Of a stretch of 64,000 bases of DNA, positions 38,588 through 47,766 are shown piece after piece. The position numbers were made by a program, and so were the translations under genes. Source of the DNA: an uncultured Rickettsiales bacterium (GTDB lineage Bacteria > Pseudomonadota > Alphaproteobacteria > Rickettsiales > JABCZZ01). The DNA is taken from positions 25,105 to 89,104 of the forward strand of contig CAYVTI010000004.1 of NCBI GenBank assembly GCA_964454545.1, read 5' to 3'. The notes under the pieces were generated by a model that was not told the origin of the DNA, searched no databases, and saw only the letters and a program-made list of their open reading frames with translations. Position 1 is the stretch's first letter, and the number at the start of each line of letters is the position of its first letter.

Positions 38588-39520
38588 ATGCCAGATACGC
38601 TCAAAATCATATATATGGGAACGCCGGAATTTGCCGTGCCGCTCCTCGATACGCTGGTCAGGGCGAGGTACGACATTGCCGCCGTATATACCCAACCGCC
38701 GCGTCCCGCCGGACGCGGGCAGAAGGAAACGCCTTCGCCAGTTCATCAATACGCCCTATCGCATAATATTCCTGTATATACGCCGGAGACCCTGAAGAAT
38801 CCCGAAACGCAACACATACTGCGCGAGCACAAGGCGGATGCGATCGTCGTGGCGGCTTATGGCCTGCTGCTGCCCAAGCAGGTACTCGAGGCGACAAGAC
38901 TCGGCTGTATTAATGTGCATCCCTCGCTGCTGCCACGCTGGCGCGGAGCCGCTCCCATACAACGCACCATCATGGCAGGCGATCATATAACCGGGGTCAC
39001 CATCATGCAGATGGATACCGGCTTTGATACCGGGGATATACTGCTTTCGAGGCATTTTTCTATCCCCGAGGGCATGAATGCCGGGCAATTGCATGACGCA
39101 CTTGCGGAATTCGCCGGACCTTTGCTGGTTGAAGCGCTGAAAGGCATTAATGCCGGAACCATTACTCCAGTGAAACAACCGGAGGAAGGCGTTGTCTACG
39201 CCCATAAAATTATTAAAGATGAATGCCGGATACTCTGGAATGAACCAGCACCCGTCATACGCAATAAAATACTCGGCCTTGCCCCGCAACCGGGCGCGTT
39301 TTTCATGTATAAGGACGAAGCTATAAAAATATTCAGCGCCGTCGCCATACCTGAGAATACGCATCAACCGCCAGGCACCGTGGTGGATGATAACTTTACT
39401 ATTGCCTGCGGCGGCGGAGCCATAAGCGGACTGGTCGTACGCCGCCCCGGAAAGAATACGATGCCCGCTACGGAAATGCTTAAAGGTTATAAGATTCCAA
39501 AGGGTGAAATTTTGGAATAG
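38588..39520 (+). CDS. fmt: Methionyl-tRNA formyltransferase
   Basis: 310 aa. Shows IIYMGTPEFAVP, NVHPSLLPRWRGAAPIQR and TIMQMD motifs. Confidence 0.93.
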   Translation: MPDTLKIIYMGTPEFAVPLLDTLVRARYDIAAVYTQPPRPAGRGQKETPSPVHQYALSHNIPVYTPETLKNPETQHILREHKADAIVVAAYGLLLPKQVLEATRLGCINVHPSLLPRWRGAAPIQRTIMAGDHITGVTIMQMDTGFDTGDILLSRHFSIPEGMNAGQLHDALAEFAGPLLVEALKGINAGTITPVKQPEEGVVYAHKIIKDECRILWNEPAPVIRNKILGLAPQPGAFFMYKDEAIKIFSAVAIPENTHQPPGTVVDDNFTIACGGGAISGLVVRRPGKNTMPATEMLKGYKIPKGEILE

Positions 39521-39529
39521 GGAATACGG

Positions 39530-40195
39530 CTAGTCGCGCTCAGGTGCTGACACCGCTTGTGCTTCCTGCTCCATAGCTGCAGCCCTGGCCTGCATGCTCT
39601 GTATGAAAGCCTTATTACCACCGAACTGCGCCGGATGATATGTATATTCCTGCTGTTGTTGCCCTAACGCAGGGTTGCCCCTCTGCGAAGCGGTTATTTC
39701 TGCAGTGCTCATTGTTTCTTCATCAACAACCTTTTGCCCGTCTTTGGCTGTAAACATTTCGGTAGTTATTACGCCTGTGCCCTGATATTTACGTGCCATA
39801 TCCGCCTGCTTGCGCTCCGCTTTCTCCTGCTTCTTCCTTAATTTTTCCAGTTCCTTTTCCTGTTGCTTCTGCAACTTGAGCTCATATTCCTGCTTGTATT
39901 GCTCCCCTGCTATGCCTCCGGCGACATTCACGATTACGTCCGCTTCTTTCCTCGCTTTGAGGGACTGATATTTGGAACCGGCATATCCTAATAATCCTGC
40001 TCCTGCGCTTGCTGCTACAGCCACAGGCCATGCAGAGACCACAAACAAAACAACCGCACCTGCGAGTCCTGCAAGCGCAAATACCCTGGACAAGCCATTC
40101 CAGAAATGTGATCGTACTCCCGCATGCGCCGCTTCTGCAGCTGCTTGTTTATATACCGGACTTTCCTTCGGGTCCTGCTTGTAAATATCTGTCAT
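39530..40195 (-). CDS. Hypothetical membrane protein with a K/E/Q-rich coiled-coil segment
   Basis: 221 aa. Two adjacent hydrophobic helices (VFALAGLAGAVVLFVVSAWPVAVAASAGAGLLGYAG) are followed by KQEYELKLQKQQEKELEKLRKKQEKAERKQ. Confidence 0.6.
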   Translation of the reverse strand: MTDIYKQDPKESPVYKQAAAEAAHAGVRSHFWNGLSRVFALAGLAGAVVLFVVSAWPVAVAASAGAGLLGYAGSKYQSLKARKEADVIVNVAGGIAGEQYKQEYELKLQKQQEKELEKLRKKQEKAERKQADMARKYQGTGVITTEMFTAKDGQKVVDEETMSTAEITASQRGNPALGQQQQEYTYHPAQFGGNKAFIQSMQARAAAMEQEAQAVSAPERD

Positions 40196-40344
40196 AATAT
40201 CTTGTTATTCTTGTAGCTTATATTACTGTAACACCATACCATAATCACCCTTTGTAAATTATTACAATTCCATGAAATTTTTATTACAATCTCTTCTAAA
40301 AGCATTATAATACAATCAACTAACAACATTTAGGAATCACCTCT

Positions 40345-41925
40345 ATGCAGGAAAGAGTCATCATATTCGACACGACATTACGCGACGGCGAACAGTCCCC
40401 CGGAAACTCCATGAACCTCGACGAAAAGCTGCTGGTCGCCGAAGCCCTTGACGTCATGGGGGTGGATGTCATTGAGGCGGGGTTTGCAATGGCTTCGAAT
40501 GGTGATTTTGAAGCCGTGCATGAAATCGCCAAGCGCACGAAGAATGCGGTGGTATGCTCCCTCGCCCGCGCCAAGACGGCTGATATTGAAAGGGCGGCGG
40601 AAGCTGTGAAACCGGCTAGGCATCCGCGCATCCATACCTTTATGTCCACCAGCCCCATCCATCTCAAGTACCAGTTTCGCATGAGCGAGGACGAGGTGCT
40701 GGATCTGATCGCATCCACCGTCAAACTCGCGCGCAAATATACCGACAACGTGGAATGGTCCGCTATGGACGCCACCCGCACCGGCATAGACTATCTGTGC
40801 AAAGCATTCGAAGTAGCAATCAAGGCGGGAGCTACCACGGTAAACGTTCCAGACACTGTTGGCTATACCGTGCCTGACGAATATTACAATATCATTACCT
40901 CGATTAAAAACCGTGTTCCCAACATCGATAAGGCGATTATCTCCACCCATTGCCAGAACGATCTCGGGCTTGCCACCGCCAATTCCCTGGCTGCGGTGCG
41001 GGCGGGCGCACGCCAGATTGAGTGCACCATTAACGGCATCGGCGAGCGCGCAGGCAATACCGCGCTTGAAGAAGTGGTGATGGCAATCCATACGCGCAAG
41101 GACTTGTATAATTTCACCACTGGCATCAGGATCAACCATATCATGCGTCTTTCACGCCTCATCACTGCCGTCACCGGCCAGCAGGTACAGAATAACAAGG
41201 CCATTGTCGGGGCTAACGCATTCGCGCATGAATCGGGCATCCATCAGGACGGCATGCTCAAACACGCCGGAACCTATGAGATCATGACTCCGGAATCCAT
41301 TGGACTCAAGCGTTCCAACCTCGTAATGGGCAAACATTCGGGCAGGCATGCGTTCCGCGACAAGATTAAAGAACTTGGCTTTGAAATCGGCGATAATGCG
41401 TTTGAGGACGCGTTTGCGCGTTTCAAGGATCTGGCCGACAAGAAAAAAGAAATCTATGATGAGGATATCATCGCCCTCGTGGATGCGCGTGCAGCCTCGA
41501 AAGCCGATCCCATTCAGTTCAGCGCGCTCAAAGTGACCTGCGGCACCATAGGCAGACAGACCGCCGAGCTTACGCTCATCATCAACGGCAAGGGCAAAAG
41601 CGTCACTTCGAATGGAAGCGGCCCGGTTGACGCCATTTTCAAGGCCATAAAGATCCTCGTCCCCCATGAGGCAAGGCTCAAGCTCTATCAGGTACATGCG
41701 GTAACACAGGGTACGGATGCGCAGGCCGAAGTGACCGTGCGCCTCATAGACGGCGTCCGCATCATCAACGGGCACGGCGCGGATACCGACACGATGGTGG
41801 CCTCCGCCAAGGCTTATATCGATGCGCTCTGCCGACTGCAGACTTCTCAGAAGGATATTGTGGATATTACTTCGGTCGAAGATGTTGAAGCACAGAAAAA
41901 AAGCGGCAGGAAATTGACTAAATAG
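40345..41925 (+). CDS. leuA: 2-isopropylmalate synthase
   Basis: 526 aa. Shows IFDTTLRDGEQSPG, HCQNDLGLATANSLAAV, INGIGERAGN and HESGIHQDG, plus a C-terminal LeuA dimerisation/regulatory domain. Confidence 0.93.
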   Translation: MQERVIIFDTTLRDGEQSPGNSMNLDEKLLVAEALDVMGVDVIEAGFAMASNGDFEAVHEIAKRTKNAVVCSLARAKTADIERAAEAVKPARHPRIHTFMSTSPIHLKYQFRMSEDEVLDLIASTVKLARKYTDNVEWSAMDATRTGIDYLCKAFEVAIKAGATTVNVPDTVGYTVPDEYYNIITSIKNRVPNIDKAIISTHCQNDLGLATANSLAAVRAGARQIECTINGIGERAGNTALEEVVMAIHTRKDLYNFTTGIRINHIMRLSRLITAVTGQQVQNNKAIVGANAFAHESGIHQDGMLKHAGTYEIMTPESIGLKRSNLVMGKHSGRHAFRDKIKELGFEIGDNAFEDAFARFKDLADKKKEIYDEDIIALVDARAASKADPIQFSALKVTCGTIGRQTAELTLIINGKGKSVTSNGSGPVDAIFKAIKILVPHEARLKLYQVHAVTQGTDAQAEVTVRLIDGVRIINGHGADTDTMVASAKAYIDALCRLQTSQKDIVDITSVEDVEAQKKSGRKLTK

Positions 41926-42033
41926 CCTGATGTCACCCCGGAGAATTCCTCCCCATGAAGGGAGGGGAGATTCCAGGGAGAATGGAAGAACCTAAAATTG
42001 ACTAATCACCATGAAACAGCTAAAATATAAACT

Positions 42034-42372
42034 ATGGAAACCATGCATTCATTCTCTATAACCGATTCTGCGGCCACCCGTATCGCGACTATCATAGGCA
42101 AGGAACCTCCCGGAACCAAGCTGAGGATTTCCGTGCAGGGGGGGGGCTGCTCGGGATTTCAGTACAAATTCGATTTCGACAACAAACCTGCCGATGATAC
42201 AGACATTGTCATCAACAAAGACGGCGCAACCGTAGTCATCGATGATCTTTCCATCGGTTTTATCGAAAACTCTACGCTTGATTTCATCGAGACGCTCGGC
42301 AGTTCGGAATTTGAGATCAAAAACCCCAATGCCACGGCAAAATGCGGCTGCGGCAACAGCTTCGCGTTATAA
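42034..42372 (+). CDS. erpA: Fe-S cluster insertion protein, HesB/IscA/ErpA family
   Basis: 112 aa. Shows LRISVQGGGCSGFQY and a C-terminal CGCGNSF. Confidence 0.85.
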   Translation: METMHSFSITDSAATRIATIIGKEPPGTKLRISVQGGGCSGFQYKFDFDNKPADDTDIVINKDGATVVIDDLSIGFIENSTLDFIETLGSSEFEIKNPNATAKCGCGNSFAL

Positions 42373-42454
42373 GAATATATTTATATAATTCATATTGTCT
42401 TGGGGTACCAGTTACGATAATGTCACTGGCGAAATTCACAATGAGCTTTCACAG

Positions 42455-43702
42455 ATGAAAATTATCATACTTGGGGCGGGAGTAGTCGGGGTCAGCGCCG
42501 CCTATTTCTTAGGTGCGCGCGGCCATCAGGTAGAAGTTATAGACCGTAATGCGGCAAGCGCGATGGAGACGAGTTTCGCCAATGGCGGGCAATTGAGTTT
42601 CAGTCATGCCGAGCCATGGGCCAATCCGGGAGTGCTGCCTAAAGCCATCAAATGGATGTTCAGGGATGATGCGCCGCTTGTCATGCGCCCGCGCGCCGAT
42701 CTTGACATGATTAAATGGGGATTGAAATTCCTTGCCAACTGCACCGTATCGAAAACACAGGCCAATAGCGTCAACCTGCTACGCCTTGGATTATACAGCA
42801 AGAAGAAAATGGAGTGGTTCCGTACCTTTAGCGGCATCAATTTCGACAACCGGCGCGATGGCATCCTTCATCTGTTCACGCAGGACAAGGATTTCGAGGC
42901 TGCCATAAAGCAGGCAAAATTCCAGGAGAAAATCGGCTGCCCTTCGGAAGTGGCGGACTATAAGAAATGCGTTCAGCTTGAGCCTATTCTGGAACATTGT
43001 GGCGTAAACATAAAAGGCGGCATTTTCCAGCCGCTGGATGAGAGCGGGGATGTGCTTGCCTTTACGCAGCAGCTGGCCAAGTTATGCGTCAGTGAACATA
43101 ATACCATTTTCCATTACAATACCGATATAAAACGTATTGATTACGAACAGGGCAAAATTACTTCGGTCATTACAGACAGGGGCGTCTATACCGCCGATGC
43201 CTATATTATGTCCCTTGGATCCTACAGCCCTGTTTACCTCAAGCCGCTGGGCATTAATGTGCCGATCTATCCCATGAAGGGATACAGCGTCACCTTCCTC
43301 GCCAATCATTATACGCCGCACCTCAGCCTGACGGACACGGAGAATAAAATCGTCTACAGCAGGCTGGGCGAACGCCTGAGAGTCGCAGGAACAGCGGAAT
43401 TCGCTGGCCATAATACCAGCATCCGGCCCGAACGCATTGCTCCTATAGTCCGCGCCGTTCAGAACCTGCTGCCCAGATGCGAATATGAGAAGCCTGAGAG
43501 CGAATGGGCCTGCCTGCGCCCCTCTACTCCGGACGGCCCCCCTATCATTGGCAAGACCAAATATCCCAATCTGTATATGAATACCGGGCACGGCACGCTC
43601 GGCTGGACACAAGCTGCAGGAAGCGCGGCGCTCATAGCCGATATCATCGAAGGACATAAGACAGAGATAAGCCTCGATGGGCTTACTACCGATCGGTATT
43701 AA
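42455..43702 (+). CDS. dadA: D-amino acid dehydrogenase (FAD-dependent)
   Basis: The start MKIIILGAGVVGVSAAYFL (FAD GxGxxG) at 42455 is preferred over 42395. ETSFANGGQLS and the C-terminal NTGHGTLGWT are typical of DadA. Confidence 0.82.
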   Translation: MKIIILGAGVVGVSAAYFLGARGHQVEVIDRNAASAMETSFANGGQLSFSHAEPWANPGVLPKAIKWMFRDDAPLVMRPRADLDMIKWGLKFLANCTVSKTQANSVNLLRLGLYSKKKMEWFRTFSGINFDNRRDGILHLFTQDKDFEAAIKQAKFQEKIGCPSEVADYKKCVQLEPILEHCGVNIKGGIFQPLDESGDVLAFTQQLAKLCVSEHNTIFHYNTDIKRIDYEQGKITSVITDRGVYTADAYIMSLGSYSPVYLKPLGINVPIYPMKGYSVTFLANHYTPHLSLTDTENKIVYSRLGERLRVAGTAEFAGHNTSIRPERIAPIVRAVQNLLPRCEYEKPESEWACLRPSTPDGPPIIGKTKYPNLYMNTGHGTLGWTQAAGSAALIADIIEGHKTEISLDGLTTDRY

Positions 43703-43845
43703 AGTTTATATCAATATACACCTTCACTCAATGCCCCAAAAGCCACTGGCACTGTTTTCATGATTTTTGAAAATCATTAAGGTTTATGAATTGCTTTCTA
43801 TATATTTCTTAGTGTATAACCCGGTAAAAACCAGTGCAGGAAATT

Positions 43846-44559
43846 ATGAAACAGCCCATTTACAGAAAGATTTTGCTTAAAATTTCCGGTGAAGCCCTGA
43901 TGGGCAGGCAAAGTTACGGGCATGATCAGGAAACGATAAAACGTATCTGCGCAGATGTCAAAACCGTGACGGAGATGGGCTCTGAAGTATGCCTCGTCGT
44001 AGGCGGAGGCAATATCTACCGCGGCATGTCGGGGGCGGAACATGGCATGGAACGCGCCAGCGCTGATTACATGGGCATGCTCGCAACCGTGCTGAATGCG
44101 CTCGCATTGCAGAATGAGCTGGAAAAAATCGGCGTTGAAACGAGGGTGTTGTCCGCCATACAGATGATGGAGATATGCGAGCCTTACATACGCCGCAGGG
44201 CCATCCGCCATATGGAACATGGCAGGGTGGTTATTTTCGCTGCCGGAACAGGGAATCCATTCTTCACCACCGACACTACCGCGGCGCTCCGCGCTGCCGA
44301 AATGGGATGTGACGCCATCTTCAAGGGAACGCAGGTGGATGGAGTCTATTCCGCCGACCCGAAGAAAGACAAGAATGCTGAACGTTACGAGACCCTGAGC
44401 TACAGCAAAGTGCTGAAGAACGATTTAAGGGTCATGGACGCATCCGCCATCGCGCTCGCGAGGGAAAACAGTATACCTATCGTTGTGTTCTCCATCCATA
44501 AGACAGGAGAATTTTCACGCGTCGCGTGCGGCGAAGGTAAATTTACTGTCATAAAATAA
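43846..44559 (+). CDS. pyrH: UMP kinase
   Basis: [41 protein letters not shown] and [11 protein letters not shown] are present. The ORF track uses a GTG at 43834. Confidence 0.93.
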   Translation: MKQPIYRKILLKISGEALMGRQSYGHDQETIKRICADVKTVTEMGSEVCLVVGGGNIYRGMSGAEHGMERASADYMGMLATVLNALALQNELEKIGVETRVLSAIQMMEICEPYIRRRAIRHMEHGRVVIFAAGTGNPFFTTDTTAALRAAEMGCDAIFKGTQVDGVYSADPKKDKNAERYETLSYSKVLKNDLRVMDASAIALARENSIPIVVFSIHKTGEFSRVACGEGKFTVIK

Positions 44560-44587
44560 TAAGCATACAAATGATGGGAGAAAAGCT

Positions 44588-45142
44588 ATGAGCAACGATA
44601 TATCCGATCTCAGGAAGCGCATGGAAGGCGCAATGAAGACGCTGCAGCACGAATTTTCCGGCCTGCGCACCGGCCGCGCCTCGGTCAACCTTCTCGATAC
44701 CGTGATGGTGGAGGCCTATGGCAGCATGATGCATCTTAATCAGGTAGCCAACATAAACGTGCCGGAGCCGCGCCTGCTCACTGTGCAAGTATGGGATAAA
44801 AGCATGGTTAAAGCTGTCGAGAAGGCCATCAGCACAGCTAACCTCGGCTTGAATCCCGCCGCTGACGGCCAGACGATCCGCGTACCCATCCCCGAACTTT
44901 CACAGGAACGCCGCCATGAACTTGTCAAGATTGCAGGGAAATATGCGGAAAGCGCCAAAGTCGCCGTGCGCAATATCCGCCGCGATGGCATGGACCATTA
45001 CAAGAAACTTGAAAAGGATGGCGATATATCTAAAGATGAGCATCATCATAAATCGGATGAGATACAGAAGCTTACGGATGAATACATCAAGAAGATAGAC
45101 GACTCGCTCGCCGCAAAAGAAAAAGAGATTATGCCATCTTAG
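44588..45142 (+). CDS. frr: Ribosome recycling factor
   Basis: 184 aa. [35 protein letters not shown] and VRNIRRD are present. Confidence 0.95.
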   Translation: MSNDISDLRKRMEGAMKTLQHEFSGLRTGRASVNLLDTVMVEAYGSMMHLNQVANINVPEPRLLTVQVWDKSMVKAVEKAISTANLGLNPAADGQTIRVPIPELSQERRHELVKIAGKYAESAKVAVRNIRRDGMDHYKKLEKDGDISKDEHHHKSDEIQKLTDEYIKKIDDSLAAKEKEIMPS

Positions 45143-45145
45143 GAA

Positions 45146-45230
45146 GTTGCAAGTTACCTGTTGCAAGGTATATTGCTCTTGTTAGACATTTGTCATCCTC
45201 ACTTGCAACTTGCAACCAGCAGCTTGCAAC
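45146..45230. repeat. TTGCAAG-heptamer palindromic repeat element, copy B (inverted relative to copy A)
   Basis: GTTGCAAGTTACCTGTTGCAAGG ...33 nt... CTTGCAACTTGCAACCAGCAGCTTGCAAC. Its reverse complement carries CTTGCAACAGGTAACTTGCAAC, matching copy A CTTGCAACTGGTAACCTGCAAC at 20 of 22. It also carries GGTTGCAAGTTGCA, identical to the copy A left end. Confidence 0.6.
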
Positions 45231-45244
45231 GTAATTATAGAGCT

Positions 45245-45970
45245 ATGCAAAATACCGTCCCTGCCGCCAACATACCCATACATGTCGCCATCATCATGGA
45301 CGGTAACGGGCGCTGGGCGAAGGCGCGTGGCCTACCGCGTATTCTCGGCCACAAAAAAGGCGCTGAAACGCTGCACAATACCCTTGAGTCATGCATGAAG
45401 CTCGGAATCAAGTACCTGACCATCTATGCGTTTTCCTCCGAGAACTGGAACCGCCCGGCGATCGAAGTCACTGATCTCATGGAACTGCTGCGCACATTCC
45501 TAGACAAGGAAATCGCCAATCTGCACAAGAACGGCATAAAACTCAGAGTAATTGGAGATCTCAGCAAACTGGCGAATGACATACGCACACAGATTGAAGC
45601 GGCGGAAAAGCTGACGGAGAACAATACGAAGTTCAACCTGATCGTAGCGCTAAGCTACGGGGCGCGGCAGGAAATCATGCAGGCTGCAAGAAAGCTGGTG
45701 AAAATGGCCATATCCGGGCAGGTTTCCATGGACACCATTGATGAAAGCGCCATTTCATCGCTCCTTTATACCCATACCATACCTGATCCCGATTTGCTCA
45801 TACGCACGGCCGGGGAACAACGCCTGAGCAATTTCCTCCTCTGGCAATCCGCCTATACGGAACTTTACTTTACGCCGGTTTTATGGCCTGATTTCACCTC
45901 CGAACACCTGCATACGGCAGTTATCGAATATTCCAACCGTGAGAGGCGCTATGGAACCACCAGCGAATAA
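45245..45970 (+). CDS. uppS: Undecaprenyl diphosphate synthase
   Basis: MQNTVPAANIPIHVAIIMDGNGRWA is the family start. The ORF-track extension from 45161 reads through repeat copy B. FSSENWNRP and the RLSNFLLWQ motif are present. Confidence 0.93.
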   Translation: MQNTVPAANIPIHVAIIMDGNGRWAKARGLPRILGHKKGAETLHNTLESCMKLGIKYLTIYAFSSENWNRPAIEVTDLMELLRTFLDKEIANLHKNGIKLRVIGDLSKLANDIRTQIEAAEKLTENNTKFNLIVALSYGARQEIMQAARKLVKMAISGQVSMDTIDESAISSLLYTHTIPDPDLLIRTAGEQRLSNFLLWQSAYTELYFTPVLWPDFTSEHLHTAVIEYSNRERRYGTTSE

Positions 45971-46646
45971 AGGCAACTGGGACGACCTGGGGACGCGCAC
46001 CGCATCTTCCGTCGCACTCGCCCTGCTTGCGCTTTTTTGCGTATGGCTCGGTGGGGTGGCGTTTACTTCGCTGGTCATACTCGCCGCCGTACTGCTGATA
46101 AGGGAATGGAGCAATTTGACCACAAACCAGCCGCTGGTAATGCGTCTTATGGGTTACGTCTATATCATACTGCCCTGTTCCTGCATCATATGGCTACGTG
46201 ATATAAACCTGCCCAGCGATTATAATTTCGGCTTCAAGGTAGTGTTGGCGCTCATCGCTATCATCTCAGCCACCGACACCGGGGCCTATTTCGCCGGGAA
46301 GAAATTCGGGTACAATAAGCTCTGGCCATCGGTTAGCCCCAACAAGACCTGGGAAGGCTTGCTGGGAGGCATTGCCGTGGCAACCGTTACCGGAATGATA
46401 TTTGCAGCTTACATTAACCTGCAGCAGTCATTTATTGCCATCCTGTTCATAAGCCCCATTATCGCCGTGGTGGCCCAGGCTGGCGATCTTTTCAAATCAT
46501 GGATAAAACGCAGGGCTGGCGTCAAGGATTCCGGAACGCTTATCCCCGGGCATGGAGGGCTGCTTGACCGCATTGACGGGTATATGTTCACCACCCCCCT
46601 GCTCGCCTTGATCATTCATCTTGCACTGAAAGACATCATGCAATGA
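45951..46646 (+). CDS. cdsA: Phosphatidate cytidylyltransferase
   Basis: Polytopic membrane protein with the C-terminal signature SWIKRRAGVKDSGTLIPGHGGLLDRIDG. Start ATG 45951 (or GTG 45939) overlaps the uppS end. Confidence 0.85.
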   Translation: MEPPANKGNWDDLGTRTASSVALALLALFCVWLGGVAFTSLVILAAVLLIREWSNLTTNQPLVMRLMGYVYIILPCSCIIWLRDINLPSDYNFGFKVVLALIAIISATDTGAYFAGKKFGYNKLWPSVSPNKTWEGLLGGIAVATVTGMIFAAYINLQQSFIAILFISPIIAVVAQAGDLFKSWIKRRAGVKDSGTLIPGHGGLLDRIDGYMFTTPLLALIIHLALKDIMQ

Positions 46647-47761
46647 ATGCATCGGGTATTCTCCCCTGCCAATCTATCCAGGCAATGCTCAGGCAGGGCA
46701 TCATAAAAGCATCCCTGGCCGTTTCCGCAGATCAAATACAGCCTGCAAGCATTGATTTGCGGCTTGGCGATTTTGCCTACCCGGTAAACACCAGTTTCCT
46801 GCCAGGCCCGGATTCTACCGTTCCTGATAAGATGAAACAGATCGATGAGGATTTTGACAAATACAAAATCGATATCAAAGATGGCGCAGTCCTTGAGAAA
46901 GGAAGAGTATACGTCATCCCGCTAATTGAATCGCTTGCGTTGCCGGAAGATGTCATGGGATTTGCCAACCCCAAAAGCTCCACGGGCAGGCTCGACATAC
47001 TTACCCGCCTCATTGCGGACGGCAGCACTATTTTCGATCAACTAAAGAACGGCTACAAAGGACAGATCTACATTGAAGTGGCGCCGCGCAGCTTCAGCAT
47101 TGTCGTAAAAACGGGTCTGTGCCTTAACCAACTTCGTTTCCGCCGGGGGGGTATGCATATAGAAAAAAGCGAATGGCAGATGCTTATTAGCGGAAAGCAG
47201 ATTGTGCATAATAATGAGCCTTTTGCACATGACGCCGAAGAACCAGGAATGCTGAAGGTTACGGTAGACTTAAAAGGAACGGGCAAGGAAGGCGAGCTCA
47301 TTGGATACCGTGCCAGAAAGCATGCAGGCAGGATAGATCTGGAAAGCCGCAACTATGATCCGGCGGATTTCTGGGAACCCATCACAGCGCGTAAGCATTC
47401 TTCCATCGTCCTTGATCCCAACGAGTTCTACATCCTCATGACTAAGGAAGCGGTAGCTATTCCGCCGGACTATGCCGCTGAGATGGTGGCGTATGACACC
47501 CGGGCCGGTGAATTCCGCGTCCATTACGCAGGATTCTTTGATCCTGGATTTGGGTGGGACAGCGCCACCAGGAAAGCCGGAAGCAGCCGCGCCGTGCTTG
47601 AAGTCAGATCGCATGAGGTACCCTTCCTGCTTGAACATGGGCAGACAGTCGGCTGGCTGCGTTACGAGCATATGCTGGAAAGGCCGGACACGCTTTACGG
47701 CCAGGGAATACGATCCAATTATCAGGGCCAAAGCCTCAAGCTGGCGAAACAGTTCGGCTGA
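46643..47761 (+). CDS. 2'-deoxycytidine 5'-triphosphate deaminase-like protein (long Dcd family)
   Basis: 372 aa. IQPASIDLRLG, the NPKSSTGRLDI motif and a duplicated dCTP-deaminase/dUTPase-like fold pattern fit the long alphaproteobacterial Dcd-like family. Confidence 0.78.
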   Translation: MNASGILPCQSIQAMLRQGIIKASLAVSADQIQPASIDLRLGDFAYPVNTSFLPGPDSTVPDKMKQIDEDFDKYKIDIKDGAVLEKGRVYVIPLIESLALPEDVMGFANPKSSTGRLDILTRLIADGSTIFDQLKNGYKGQIYIEVAPRSFSIVVKTGLCLNQLRFRRGGMHIEKSEWQMLISGKQIVHNNEPFAHDAEEPGMLKVTVDLKGTGKEGELIGYRARKHAGRIDLESRNYDPADFWEPITARKHSSIVLDPNEFYILMTKEAVAIPPDYAAEMVAYDTRAGEFRVHYAGFFDPGFGWDSATRKAGSSRAVLEVRSHEVPFLLEHGQTVGWLRYEHMLERPDTLYGQGIRSNYQGQSLKLAKQFG

Positions 47762-47766
47762 ATAAT

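Noticed and set aside
40378-41139. 253 aa minus-strand ORF (and 41152-41775, 207 aa) antisense to leuA
   Set aside because: leuA motifs are unambiguous on the plus strand, and the antisense frames lack any recognisable features.
41926-42033. CTCCCC...GGGGAG hairpin after leuA as an intrinsic terminator
   Set aside because: The stem is only 6 bp with a 9 nt loop and no U-run, so the evidence is insufficient.
43760-43777. Perfect AT-rich palindrome ATGATTTT-TG-AAAATCAT upstream of pyrH as a Fur box
   Set aside because: It matches the classical Fur consensus only partially, has non-canonical 7-2-7 spacing and is AT-only, so it is easily generated by chance in an AT-rich spacer. There is no supporting second site.
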